Of a stretch of DNA of 64,000 bases, positions 8,269 to 16,057 are shown piece by piece; position 1 is the stretch's first letter, and the number at the start of each line of letters is the position of its first letter. This DNA comes from Bacteroidales bacterium (GTDB lineage: Bacteria; Bacteroidota; Bacteroidia; Bacteroidales; JAADJA01), in the NCBI GenBank assembly GCA_020438105.1, contig JAGQVE010000011.1:8451-72450 (forward strand). Reading direction: 5' to 3'. The position numbers were made by a program, and so were the translations under genes. The notes below the pieces were generated by a model. It did no database searches. It saw only the letters and a program-made list of their open reading frames with translations, and had not been told where the DNA came from.

Positions 8269-11200
8269 CTAAAACAAAAAGTTAAAAGTAAAGGTAAACG
8301 TTTTTTCCTCAATGGATATGTTATAATTGGCAGTAAGTACCAGTGCTTCAAAAGGGGCTAACCACACACCAAATCCATAACCATCATGCCAGCGATTTGA
8401 GTCTTCACCTTTCACCCAAACCCTTCCAACATCATTAAAGGCAAGGATCCCGGCATCACCGTTCAACAAATAGCTTCTAAGTTTAAAGAGCTTAAAACGC
8501 AATTCTGTATTTTGATAAGCCATTTGATCGCCCGCAAATCGGTTGCTCCTGAATCCTCTCAGGTTTGAAGTTCTTCCGAGAAAATTGGCATGATAAAATT
8601 CATATTCACCAAAGTTAACAGCCCCACCAAAACGAAGCACCAGCACCATTCTCGGATCAGTTCTGAAACTCAGATAAAACCTCAAGTCCGAACGCAGTTT
8701 GGCAAAATCCTTTGCTTCGGTATCCGCTCCCCAAAACCCATTAATCATCGTATTCCAGTAGAGGCCCCGGTTGGGGATCAACTTATCATCCCGGGTATCA
8801 AATTCAGCAGACAAACTAAGTCCACCAAAATGATGATCGCGATATGCGAGCGAATCAAGCTGCGCAAGAGCAAGTTCTCCAATAAACTTATTGGCAGTAT
8901 CATTCACTTTAAAATATTGGTAAAATATTCCTCCTAATATGTTAAAAGTGCTGCTTATCTCTTTTCGCAGCATAACATCCACATTCGCATATTCATATCT
9001 TACCCTGTAATAGGATTTATCGTCAACCTCTAGTTTGGTCTCATTTCCAATTCCAAAAAAGTTGTCGACATTTCTGGGCATGGACAGGTCAGCTTCCACC
9101 AACAGATCAAAATGTTGCGAAACGCCACTGAACAGGCCCTTATAATCCACACTAAAAGCATTGGTTTCAAAGGCAAAAGTTCCCCTTATTTTTTGGATGG
9201 TTGAATCTCTGAAATTAAACCTGTTCATTTGTATTCCGGCTCCCAGGTAAATGCCATCATCTATGTTAAAACCACCGTTGATCAGGGGTAAGTTTTTGTT
9301 GAATTTGAATTGTTTCCTGTCATAATCATTTACCTGTTTGCGGTTCATCAGCTTAAGCCTGGTTTCTCTGCCTTTGGCAATATAATTGTCTTTATCCCTA
9401 CGGTCATAAACCAGGGTTTTTTTACCCCAACCTTTCACCCGTGATTCATCCACAATGGTATCATCGCCCGATCCCCCGATCAACCTGATTTTAATTCCTT
9501 TTTTGCCGGATCCGGTCAGATAAAAATTGTCCTCATCTTTTAAACCATACAACCTGATCTCCCTGGTTTCGCCGGGTAAAAATTCACGCTCATACATTAC
9601 AAACTTCCGCTTTCCCTTTTTGCTGCTAATGGCTGTAACCTTCACATGGGTATTTCCATTTTCTTTGCGTGTAACTTCAAACAGGTCGCGTTCGTCAGTA
9701 CCCACCACATCCACTGATTTTGACAAAAACCGATAATACTCCTCAGCATACTCAGGTAAATTATCGCGACGAGCTTTTAGTTTATTTTCGATATCCGGGC
9801 CCTGCATTTTATAAATTTCGGGAGGTAAATCAAGGATGGCCTGATGAATAACGGAGTCAGTCAACTTGATTTTTAACTGATGAGCCATTCGTTTCCAATC
9901 CTCCAAATCAGGTTCGGTCATAAATGATCTGTCAAAATAGCGGGCATTAAATCCAAGTCCTTTTATATTTTTGATTTCATAGTCAAAACCCTGGAATTTA
10001 GGCATGATAAAATCACGGCTTGCGAGCCACATGATCACGCCTTGATTCACAAAATAAACCTGGTCGCGGTCGCGTGGGATAGGTCGGTAAACCCTTAAGT
10101 CATCCTCCCTGAAAGAAGCCCAGCGCCACTGATCGTCATGCCGGTCCCAATCATTTAACAAAAAATCAAATAACCGCGCCCTCACAACAGACTGCTGATC
10201 CACCCGATGATCTTGCTCCTCGCGAAGTTTATCTATCATCTTAAGGGTGCTTACAATTTTTTTTGACCTTCCAAAACTGGCCACGTCTTCACGATTATCA
10301 GCAGGCCGCTCTTCAAATAAAAAAACATTATTTGCCAGATCGTGGTGGTAGATGCCCAAATTGGGATCATCCGGCACCCAAACTAATGTTGGATTGGTAT
10401 GAAAAACACCGGCGGCTTCGGCCATTTTTGGTACCGTTAAGGCTGCATATGGATTGGATGCCGAAATTCCATCCTGAACGGCATCCTCCGCAATGGTATT
10501 GCGTAATTCGGGGTCAAGCGCTTTTTCAACATATTTGTTTACCGAACGCAAAACATATTGTTTACCGTCACCATTTTCCATACGTACTGAGCGGGTTTGC
10601 TGACCACCACCCCGCTTTAAAATCTTGAGTCCACCCTGCTCACTTCCAATATCAAAAACCGGGAATGTTACAGGCTGAGCCCAAATCTCACGATAATTGG
10701 AGCCCATCCAAAATCGCTGGAATGATCCGGCCAGGTAATTTGAATCAAGTGCAAACTTTACAGTTTGATCAGTAAGTTCAGGTGTAAGGTTTTTATCTTC
10801 AATGCCATCATTAACAATTGGCCTATCATATAATTTTTTCCTGAAAATTACTGATCCCTTCTCAGTTCCATCAGGAATAATGAACTCTGTCCAAACCGAC
10901 CCATCCGACAGATACTTTAATATTGAAAATCCCCTGCTTTGCGCAGCAAAATCAGCCTTTTTCGATTTTCGGGCGATGTATAATCCTTCACCACCGCCAC
11001 CACTTATGATGTGGGATATACTATCAAATTCTTTGTATTGTAAATTGTGTTCATGCCCGGATGCATACACAATTGGATTGTATTGCGACAATAAAACTGT
11101 AAGCTGCTCCCTGAAAGACTTATAATTTGGATTGACCAAATCCTGAATATCGCCCAGGTATTTTCGGTAACCTGTATAAATAAAACCCGGGAGCGGAATA

Positions 11201-11979
11201 TAAAGATTTTTATTTTCGTCAAGTAGCGGAAATAACATGCGGGAGGCCGGGAAGTAGCCACCATGGTTTCCGGCACTGATCAGGGGATGATGTGTTGCAA
11301 AAAGTATATTTTTACCCTGATGTCGACGAATGGCATCCTCAACAGCAATAAAAATCCCTGCTTCATCTTCAAATTCACAGCCGTCCTCGATGCCAGGCTT
11401 TCGGTAATTCTGAAAAAACCATTGGGAGTTTAATAAAATTATAACGAGCTCGTCGGTAAGCTCCACCTCCACGGGGCCGGGGCAACCATCATCAGGCAGG
11501 TAAACATTTTTATCATTCAATCCCGATTCAATAAATTTTTCTTCGTTCAACACACGGTTCCAACCCTCATTACGACCCTGCTCCCAATCATGATTTCCGG
11601 AGGTAAAAACTATTTCACCTTTGTAATCCCTGAGTTTTTCTAAAATCGCATTTAAATCGGAAACAGCTTCATCATAACCTTTTTCATCTTCGTCAGGCAG
11701 CCCTTTAGGGTAAACTATATCTCCTAAAAAAACCACCGAACTTGCTTTAGTACTGCTTTCGAGATAATGGCCCAGCAGGTTTATCATGGTTGGATCTGTA
11801 GATGGATATTTCACGTCACCGATAAGAAAAACCGTATAATTTATTGTTGCATTTTCAGGGTAAGTTTGCGTCTGCCAATCTTCAAAACCATCTGCATAAA
11901 AAATCTTTTGTGCAAATGAATTTGATGCCAATGCCAGAAATAGCCAGGTGAGTAGAATTATGGTTTTGCGGTTATTCAT
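8269..11979 (-). CDS. Giant secreted calcineurin-like metallophosphoesterase fused to a C-terminal Omp85/surface-antigen-like beta-barrel
   Basis: Signal peptide ending SFAQ. Metallophosphoesterase motifs GDVKYP / GDIVYPKG / GNHDW / THHP / GHEHN in the first ~330 aa. The C-terminal ~350 aa are beta-rich and end in FNFLF (terminal Phe typical of OM barrels). Confidence 0.75.
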   Translation of the reverse strand: MNNRKTIILLTWLFLALASNSFAQKIFYADGFEDWQTQTYPENATINYTVFLIGDVKYPSTDPTMINLLGHYLESSTKASSVVFLGDIVYPKGLPDEDEKGYDEAVSDLNAILEKLRDYKGEIVFTSGNHDWEQGRNEGWNRVLNEEKFIESGLNDKNVYLPDDGCPGPVEVELTDELVIILLNSQWFFQNYRKPGIEDGCEFEDEAGIFIAVEDAIRRHQGKNILFATHHPLISAGNHGGYFPASRMLFPLLDENKNLYIPLPGFIYTGYRKYLGDIQDLVNPNYKSFREQLTVLLSQYNPIVYASGHEHNLQYKEFDSISHIISGGGGEGLYIARKSKKADFAAQSRGFSILKYLSDGSVWTEFIIPDGTEKGSVIFRKKLYDRPIVNDGIEDKNLTPELTDQTVKFALDSNYLAGSFQRFWMGSNYREIWAQPVTFPVFDIGSEQGGLKILKRGGGQQTRSVRMENGDGKQYVLRSVNKYVEKALDPELRNTIAEDAVQDGISASNPYAALTVPKMAEAAGVFHTNPTLVWVPDDPNLGIYHHDLANNVFLFEERPADNREDVASFGRSKKIVSTLKMIDKLREEQDHRVDQQSVVRARLFDFLLNDWDRHDDQWRWASFREDDLRVYRPIPRDRDQVYFVNQGVIMWLASRDFIMPKFQGFDYEIKNIKGLGFNARYFDRSFMTEPDLEDWKRMAHQLKIKLTDSVIHQAILDLPPEIYKMQGPDIENKLKARRDNLPEYAEEYYRFLSKSVDVVGTDERDLFEVTRKENGNTHVKVTAISSKKGKRKFVMYEREFLPGETREIRLYGLKDEDNFYLTGSGKKGIKIRLIGGSGDDTIVDESRVKGWGKKTLVYDRRDKDNYIAKGRETRLKLMNRKQVNDYDRKQFKFNKNLPLINGGFNIDDGIYLGAGIQMNRFNFRDSTIQKIRGTFAFETNAFSVDYKGLFSGVSQHFDLLVEADLSMPRNVDNFFGIGNETKLEVDDKSYYRVRYEYANVDVMLRKEISSTFNILGGIFYQYFKVNDTANKFIGELALAQLDSLAYRDHHFGGLSLSAEFDTRDDKLIPNRGLYWNTMINGFWGADTEAKDFAKLRSDLRFYLSFRTDPRMVLVLRFGGAVNFGEYEFYHANFLGRTSNLRGFRSNRFAGDQMAYQNTELRFKLFKLRSYLLNGDAGILAFNDVGRVWVKGEDSNRWHDGYGFGVWLAPFEALVLTANYNISIEEKTFTFTFNFLF

Positions 11980-11993
11980 TGCAGCTAAAAGAC

Positions 11994-12962
11994 TTATAGT
12001 TTTGGTTTAAACATCATCAGGTTTGCTCGACTATCCTTGCCTTCATTCGAAATATATAAATTACCATCGGGGTCAAAACAGATTCCCTCAGGTTGCCTGA
12101 ATTTGGACATATCCAAACTAACCATGGCCAGTATTTCACCGGAAGGATGAAGCACTATGATCAAGTCTCCAACGGCACCTGTAACGTAAATATTTCCGGT
12201 AATGGGGTGAATGGCAATTCCACTGGGCTGAAATGAAACATCACCTTTTGATTCATCGATGAGCGAAAGAATTTCAACTCCCCAGGTGGTCATGGTATTG
12301 TATTTTTTGTAATATTTTACCTGCTCCAGATCGATGGTATAAACCGGGTCTTTAAAAAGCTTATTAGTGGTTGGATCAAAACGATAAATAGCTTTTTTTG
12401 AGTTTCCATCCTTATCTTCATCGAGGTTTGGAAACCCTTTGCAGGCAATAAGTATGGTGCTATCAGCCGGATCGAGACCGAAACCCTCGCAATCATTTTT
12501 TTTGGAAAGTTCAGTTTCATATTTTTTCACTGAACGTTTCTGATCATCCAACCAGTTTTTAACCCTGTATAAATCACCTTTACTTTTTAAAATCCAAATA
12601 TCATTGCCCACAATTTCAATTCCTTCATAGTCCCCTGCATCTTCAAACTCGATTTCTCTGACCACGGCTTCCTTGTTCAGATCATAAATAAAAATGATCC
12701 CATCCTCATCCTGAATACAGGCCAGCTTACCATCGCCCATCCAGGTTAATCCTGAAATTTCGATCAGATGATTTGGAAGTATCACCTTTTTGTCCGGTTT
12801 GTTCATCTCGTATGGGAAAGTATAACCCGAGGCAGAAAACAAAATATCCTTTCTTGCTTCATTTTCATCCTGGGCATTGAGATTTTGCAAGCCAAGTAGG
12901 ATGATAAAAAGAAAATAAACAGGATTTTTAATGATGGTCATAATAGTTGCAATGTTTTTCAA
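11994..12962 (-). CDS. SdiA-regulated / YjiK-like beta-propeller protein (exported)
   Basis: N-terminal hydrophobic signal. Family motifs EISGLTW, ACIQDEDGIIFIYD, DYEGIEI, PSGIAIHPITGNIYV, QPEGICFDPDGNLYISNEG. Confidence 0.7.
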   Translation of the reverse strand: MKNIATIMTIIKNPVYFLFIILLGLQNLNAQDENEARKDILFSASGYTFPYEMNKPDKKVILPNHLIEISGLTWMGDGKLACIQDEDGIIFIYDLNKEAVVREIEFEDAGDYEGIEIVGNDIWILKSKGDLYRVKNWLDDQKRSVKKYETELSKKNDCEGFGLDPADSTILIACKGFPNLDEDKDGNSKKAIYRFDPTTNKLFKDPVYTIDLEQVKYYKKYNTMTTWGVEILSLIDESKGDVSFQPSGIAIHPITGNIYVTGAVGDLIIVLHPSGEILAMVSLDMSKFRQPEGICFDPDGNLYISNEGKDSRANLMMFKPKL

Positions 12963-13067
12963 AAATACAAAATTAGGCAGTTATTTTGCCCCTAAAATCT
13001 TATAAAACCTTATAATCAGGAACAATTGCATTTGATATTTTGTTAATTTCGACCTTTAATATTTGTA

Positions 13068-13313
13068 ATGAAAGATCATTGGTGCACAAACTACACGACC
13101 TGCAAACTCGTTAACCTGGCGGGCTTCTGTAAAGATGAATCAACGCAGCAGAAATACCTCAAGTCATTTTGTGAACAAACACACAAAACCTGGTCGAAAT
13201 GTAAAAGGTATGAAATGAAAAATGAATTGGGATCGTGCCCTGATTTTGTATTTCCTGACACTACGATGACCCTTGCTGAGATTATCACCAAATTCGACGA
13301 ACAAAATGATTAA
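13068..13313 (+). CDS. Small cysteine-rich hypothetical protein (81 aa, 6 Cys)
   Basis: The ORF ends 5 nt before the DsrC-like gene. Contains Cys6, 12, 21, 35, 45 and 57. I recognise no family. Confidence 0.45.
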   Translation: MKDHWCTNYTTCKLVNLAGFCKDESTQQKYLKSFCEQTHKTWSKCKRYEMKNELGSCPDFVFPDTTMTLAEIITKFDEQND

Positions 13314-13318
13314 CGATC

Positions 13319-13636
13319 ATGCCTCATAAAATTATCGACGGACAAACATTTGAAGTGGATGAAGATGGATATTTAAAAGATCCGGCTTGCTGGAATGAGG
13401 ATGTAGCGGTTTTATTTGCGAAAGCTGATGGAATAACAGAACTTACGAAAGAGCATTGGAAAGTTATCCATGTTATTCGAAAATATTATGAAAAGCAGAG
13501 CAAAGGACCTGTTTTAAGATTTTTATGCGACGAAACCGGATTTAAATTGATCGAGATTTACAAGTTATTTCCACTTGGACCTGCCAAAGGAGCCTGCAAG
13601 GTGGCCGGTTTGCCTAAACCTTTCACCTGCGATTAA
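13319..13636 (+). CDS. DsrC/TusE-family sulfur-relay protein, two-cysteine (DsrC-type) C-terminal arm
   Basis: Aligns by eye to E. coli TusE: EVDEDGYLKD..W.E.VA...A...GI.ELT.EHW.VI...R.YY. C-terminus is LFPLGPAKGACKVAGLPKPFTCD, with both the penultimate-region Cys and the Cys 10 residues upstream. Confidence 0.85.
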   Translation: MPHKIIDGQTFEVDEDGYLKDPACWNEDVAVLFAKADGITELTKEHWKVIHVIRKYYEKQSKGPVLRFLCDETGFKLIEIYKLFPLGPAKGACKVAGLPKPFTCD

Positions 13637-13647
13637 CCAATAAAAAA

Positions 13648-13686
13648 CCCCAGCATTCATGAATTAACATTCCATCAATGCCGGGG
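13648..13686. terminator. Possible bidirectional hairpin between convergent genes
   Basis: CCCCAGCATT ... AATGCCGGGG pairs at 9 of 10 positions, with a 19-nt loop that contains the palindrome ATTCATGAAT. A-run on the left and T-rich sequence on the right. Confidence 0.35.
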
Positions 13687-13704
13687 AATTTCACATTTTT
13701 AATT

Positions 13705-14595
13705 TTAGCTATTGTAAACCATCTTAAATACACTTGCAAATTCCTCAATAGAAGTTGGAGTAGTATTATCAGAACTACGCAAGGCTTGTTCAAATACGCG
13801 GCCTTCGTTTAATGATTTCACAAATTCCACCATTCGTTCTGCTCCATTTTGGCTAAATCCGGCCTGCATCAGGGCGTTTTTGCCATCTTCATAAGAAACT
13901 GTCAAATATTTCAAGTCCGGTTTCCCGATTGCTTCACCATAAATGCTGGCTATTTCATCATAGCTCACATCACGCGAACCCAGAACATAATGGTGGTTTT
14001 TCCCTGAAAAATTGAGGGATAGCAGTTGAGCAAGTCCTGTTGCAGCAATATCGCGGGTTGCTACCATCGGAAATTTTAAATCTCCCTTCACGGGTGAAGC
14101 CATCATTCCCATCGCTTTGATAGCACCTACTTGTGCCAGCGTATTTTCCATGAAATAGCTTGGTCGCAAATGCATTACATTCAAGTGTTCAATGTCATTC
14201 AGGTGTTTCTCCATAATTGCTACTCCTTCAACAACTCCGGCACCTGTAGTCAAATGTGCTCCTACACTGCTTAGCGTTACAACATATCGAACTCCTGTGA
14301 CTTTAATTGCCTCCACCATCGGGTTTATATACGACATCTGAAAATCCAAATAATTGTCGGGTGCCGGATTAAATGGGATCATTGCGTAAACTGCATCTAC
14401 CCCATTAAATGCCCTTTTTAATAATTCAACATCTGAATGATCGCCCTCAAAAAGCTCTGCACCTTGGCTTATAAGCTCCCGGGCTTTCTCCCTGCTTCGA
14501 CTGACTATCCTGACTTTATGGCCTTTTTCGAGCAATCCGAGTGCAATGGGTTTACCGGTATTGCCGGTAGCCCCTGTTATTGTGTATGTATTCAT
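13705..14595 (-). CDS. NmrA-family NAD(P)-binding oxidoreductase
   Basis: N-terminal ITGATGNTGKPIA Rossmann motif, 296 aa, NmrA-like overall pattern. Confidence 0.8.
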   Translation of the reverse strand: MNTYTITGATGNTGKPIALGLLEKGHKVRIVSRSREKARELISQGAELFEGDHSDVELLKRAFNGVDAVYAMIPFNPAPDNYLDFQMSYINPMVEAIKVTGVRYVVTLSSVGAHLTTGAGVVEGVAIMEKHLNDIEHLNVMHLRPSYFMENTLAQVGAIKAMGMMASPVKGDLKFPMVATRDIAATGLAQLLSLNFSGKNHHYVLGSRDVSYDEIASIYGEAIGKPDLKYLTVSYEDGKNALMQAGFSQNGAERMVEFVKSLNEGRVFEQALRSSDNTTPTSIEEFASVFKMVYNS

Positions 14596-14617
14596 CGTTT
14601 AGTTGTTAAAGGTTAAA

Positions 14618-15265
14618 TTATCTGAGAACTTTAAAAGCGTGCATCCAGTCGTTTTGAGCGAAACCAGGAATACACCAAAGGATACAAAGCGGTTCGATAG
14701 CTCTTGCGGCAATTGCCGGACCCATATCTTCTGTTTCCCAGCCAAATTTGTCGAGAATCTGTTTCACTTCTGATTTGGCATCGCTGCTATTTCCAGCAAT
14801 AAACATGGATGGTTTGATCCCACCCAACTGTGGATTCACCATTAGCGCGGCACCCACACTGCTAAAAGCTTTTACAAAATTTGCTTCGGCAAATTCATTT
14901 TGCAATTGCTCCATCAGTGAATTATCGAGGTCTGTAAAAAAATGCAGCACACCACTATCCGGAGCCTTATCAGCAATCGGATTAGTAGCATCAATAATCG
15001 TTTTTCCTGCCAGGCTGCTTTTACCTGCCAGCGTTAAGGCGTCTTTAGCAGCGGTACCTTTCACAGCTAAAACCAAAGTTTCACCAAAGGCAGCAGCCTC
15101 CTGAAAACTACCCACCTGCCCCTTATTTCCAGCCTGCTCTTTCCAATCGTTTAGTTTTGAGGTATCACGTGATCCGATCATTACTTCGTATCCGTGTTTA
15201 ATAAATCCATTGGCGAGGGTTTGCCCTACTCCGCCTGATCCTAAAATTCCAATTTTTGTTTTCAT
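14618..15265 (-). CDS. NADP oxidoreductase, F420-dependent-reductase-like (NpdG/P5CR-like fold)
   Basis: MKTKIGILGSGGVGQTLANGFIKHGYEV is a Rossmann motif directly at the ATG at 15265. The longer ORF start at 15307 lies inside the palindrome and was not used. Confidence 0.75.
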   Translation of the reverse strand: MKTKIGILGSGGVGQTLANGFIKHGYEVMIGSRDTSKLNDWKEQAGNKGQVGSFQEAAAFGETLVLAVKGTAAKDALTLAGKSSLAGKTIIDATNPIADKAPDSGVLHFFTDLDNSLMEQLQNEFAEANFVKAFSSVGAALMVNPQLGGIKPSMFIAGNSSDAKSEVKQILDKFGWETEDMGPAIAARAIEPLCILWCIPGFAQNDWMHAFKVLR

Positions 15266-15295
15266 TTGTTTATGTGTTAATTTATAATTATTTAA

Positions 15296-15307
15296 TTGTA
15301 TATACAA
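15296..15307. promoter_or_regulatory. Perfect 12-bp palindrome TTGTATATACAA (candidate MarR operator)
   Basis: Lies between the marR stop (15326) and the reductase start (15265). Shares the 12-mer ATATACAAATAT with the site at 15782-15797. Confidence 0.35.
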
Positions 15308-15325
15308 ATATTTAGTAAAAATTTT

Positions 15326-15757
15326 TTATTTCTCTTCCAGTTTAGTTGCAGCGTTGAAAACCTCTGTTGTTAATGCAGCAGCTTCATTTTGGCCAAGTAA
15401 CTTTACATATCTCTCATAAAGTGCCATCCACGCAGCTTTAATCCCATCCTGCAAAACTACTGATTGAGCTGTCGGGAATACCAGGGTTGACCGGTTTTCT
15501 TTCATTCGTTTCAATAATCCTTTCTCTTCCATCTTTTCTACCAATCGGGTCACCGTTGAAGGTTTCAACATCATAATTTGTGCTAGTTCACCTGCTGTTA
15601 TTCCTGGTTTATTATTTACTGTCATCACCAAAAAAGCATAACTTGGAGCCAAACCCGTAACAGCGAATTCATCCTCTGCCAGGCGGGTAATATTCCTTGC
15701 CAGCGCATTGGCTGAAAAATGCAAACATTGACAATATGGGGAAGGATTTTTTGCCAT
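15326..15757 (-). CDS. MarR-family transcriptional regulator
   Basis: 143 aa. Winged-helix region LTAGELAQIMMLKPSTVTRLVEKMEEKGLLKR is typical of MarR. Confidence 0.85.
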   Translation of the reverse strand: MAKNPSPYCQCLHFSANALARNITRLAEDEFAVTGLAPSYAFLVMTVNNKPGITAGELAQIMMLKPSTVTRLVEKMEEKGLLKRMKENRSTLVFPTAQSVVLQDGIKAAWMALYERYVKLLGQNEAAALTTEVFNAATKLEEK

Positions 15758-15761
15758 GATG

Positions 15762-15769
15762 CAAAGGTA
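15762..15769 (-). promoter_or_regulatory. -7 promoter box (TACCTTTG on the minus strand)
   Basis: Exact TAnnTTTG match ending 4 nt upstream of the marR ATG (15757), which implies a leaderless or near-leaderless mRNA. Confidence 0.3.
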
Positions 15770-15781
15770 CTATAATTTTAT

Positions 15782-15793
15782 TTGCATATACAA
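15782..15793. promoter_or_regulatory. Near-palindrome TTGCATATACAA (candidate MarR autoregulatory operator)
   Basis: One mismatch from the palindrome at 15296-15307. Sits just upstream of the marR -7 box. Confidence 0.35.
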
Positions 15794-16057
15794 ATATATT
15801 TTAGATTATTAAAAATTTTTAAGATATTCGTTTTGAATTTGATCCCTATAACCCGGATTATTGACTGATTACAAGGCTTTCATTTATGGTGATAAAATTA
15901 ATTCGCTACTGTTTGATATTTATGAAATAAATTGTTGAAATTTATGCATGCTTTAATCCGAAAGTAATCCAGCGTAAACTAGTCAAAAATAAAAATTATC
16001 AAATCGTACAAATCATTGTTTTATCATAAAGAGAATTTCAGTAATATCATAATATAC

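Noticed and set aside
15266-15307. Longer start for the F420-reductase-like ORF.
   Set aside because: The upstream ATG lies inside the 12-bp palindrome/operator. The Rossmann GxGxxG motif follows directly after the ATG at 15265.
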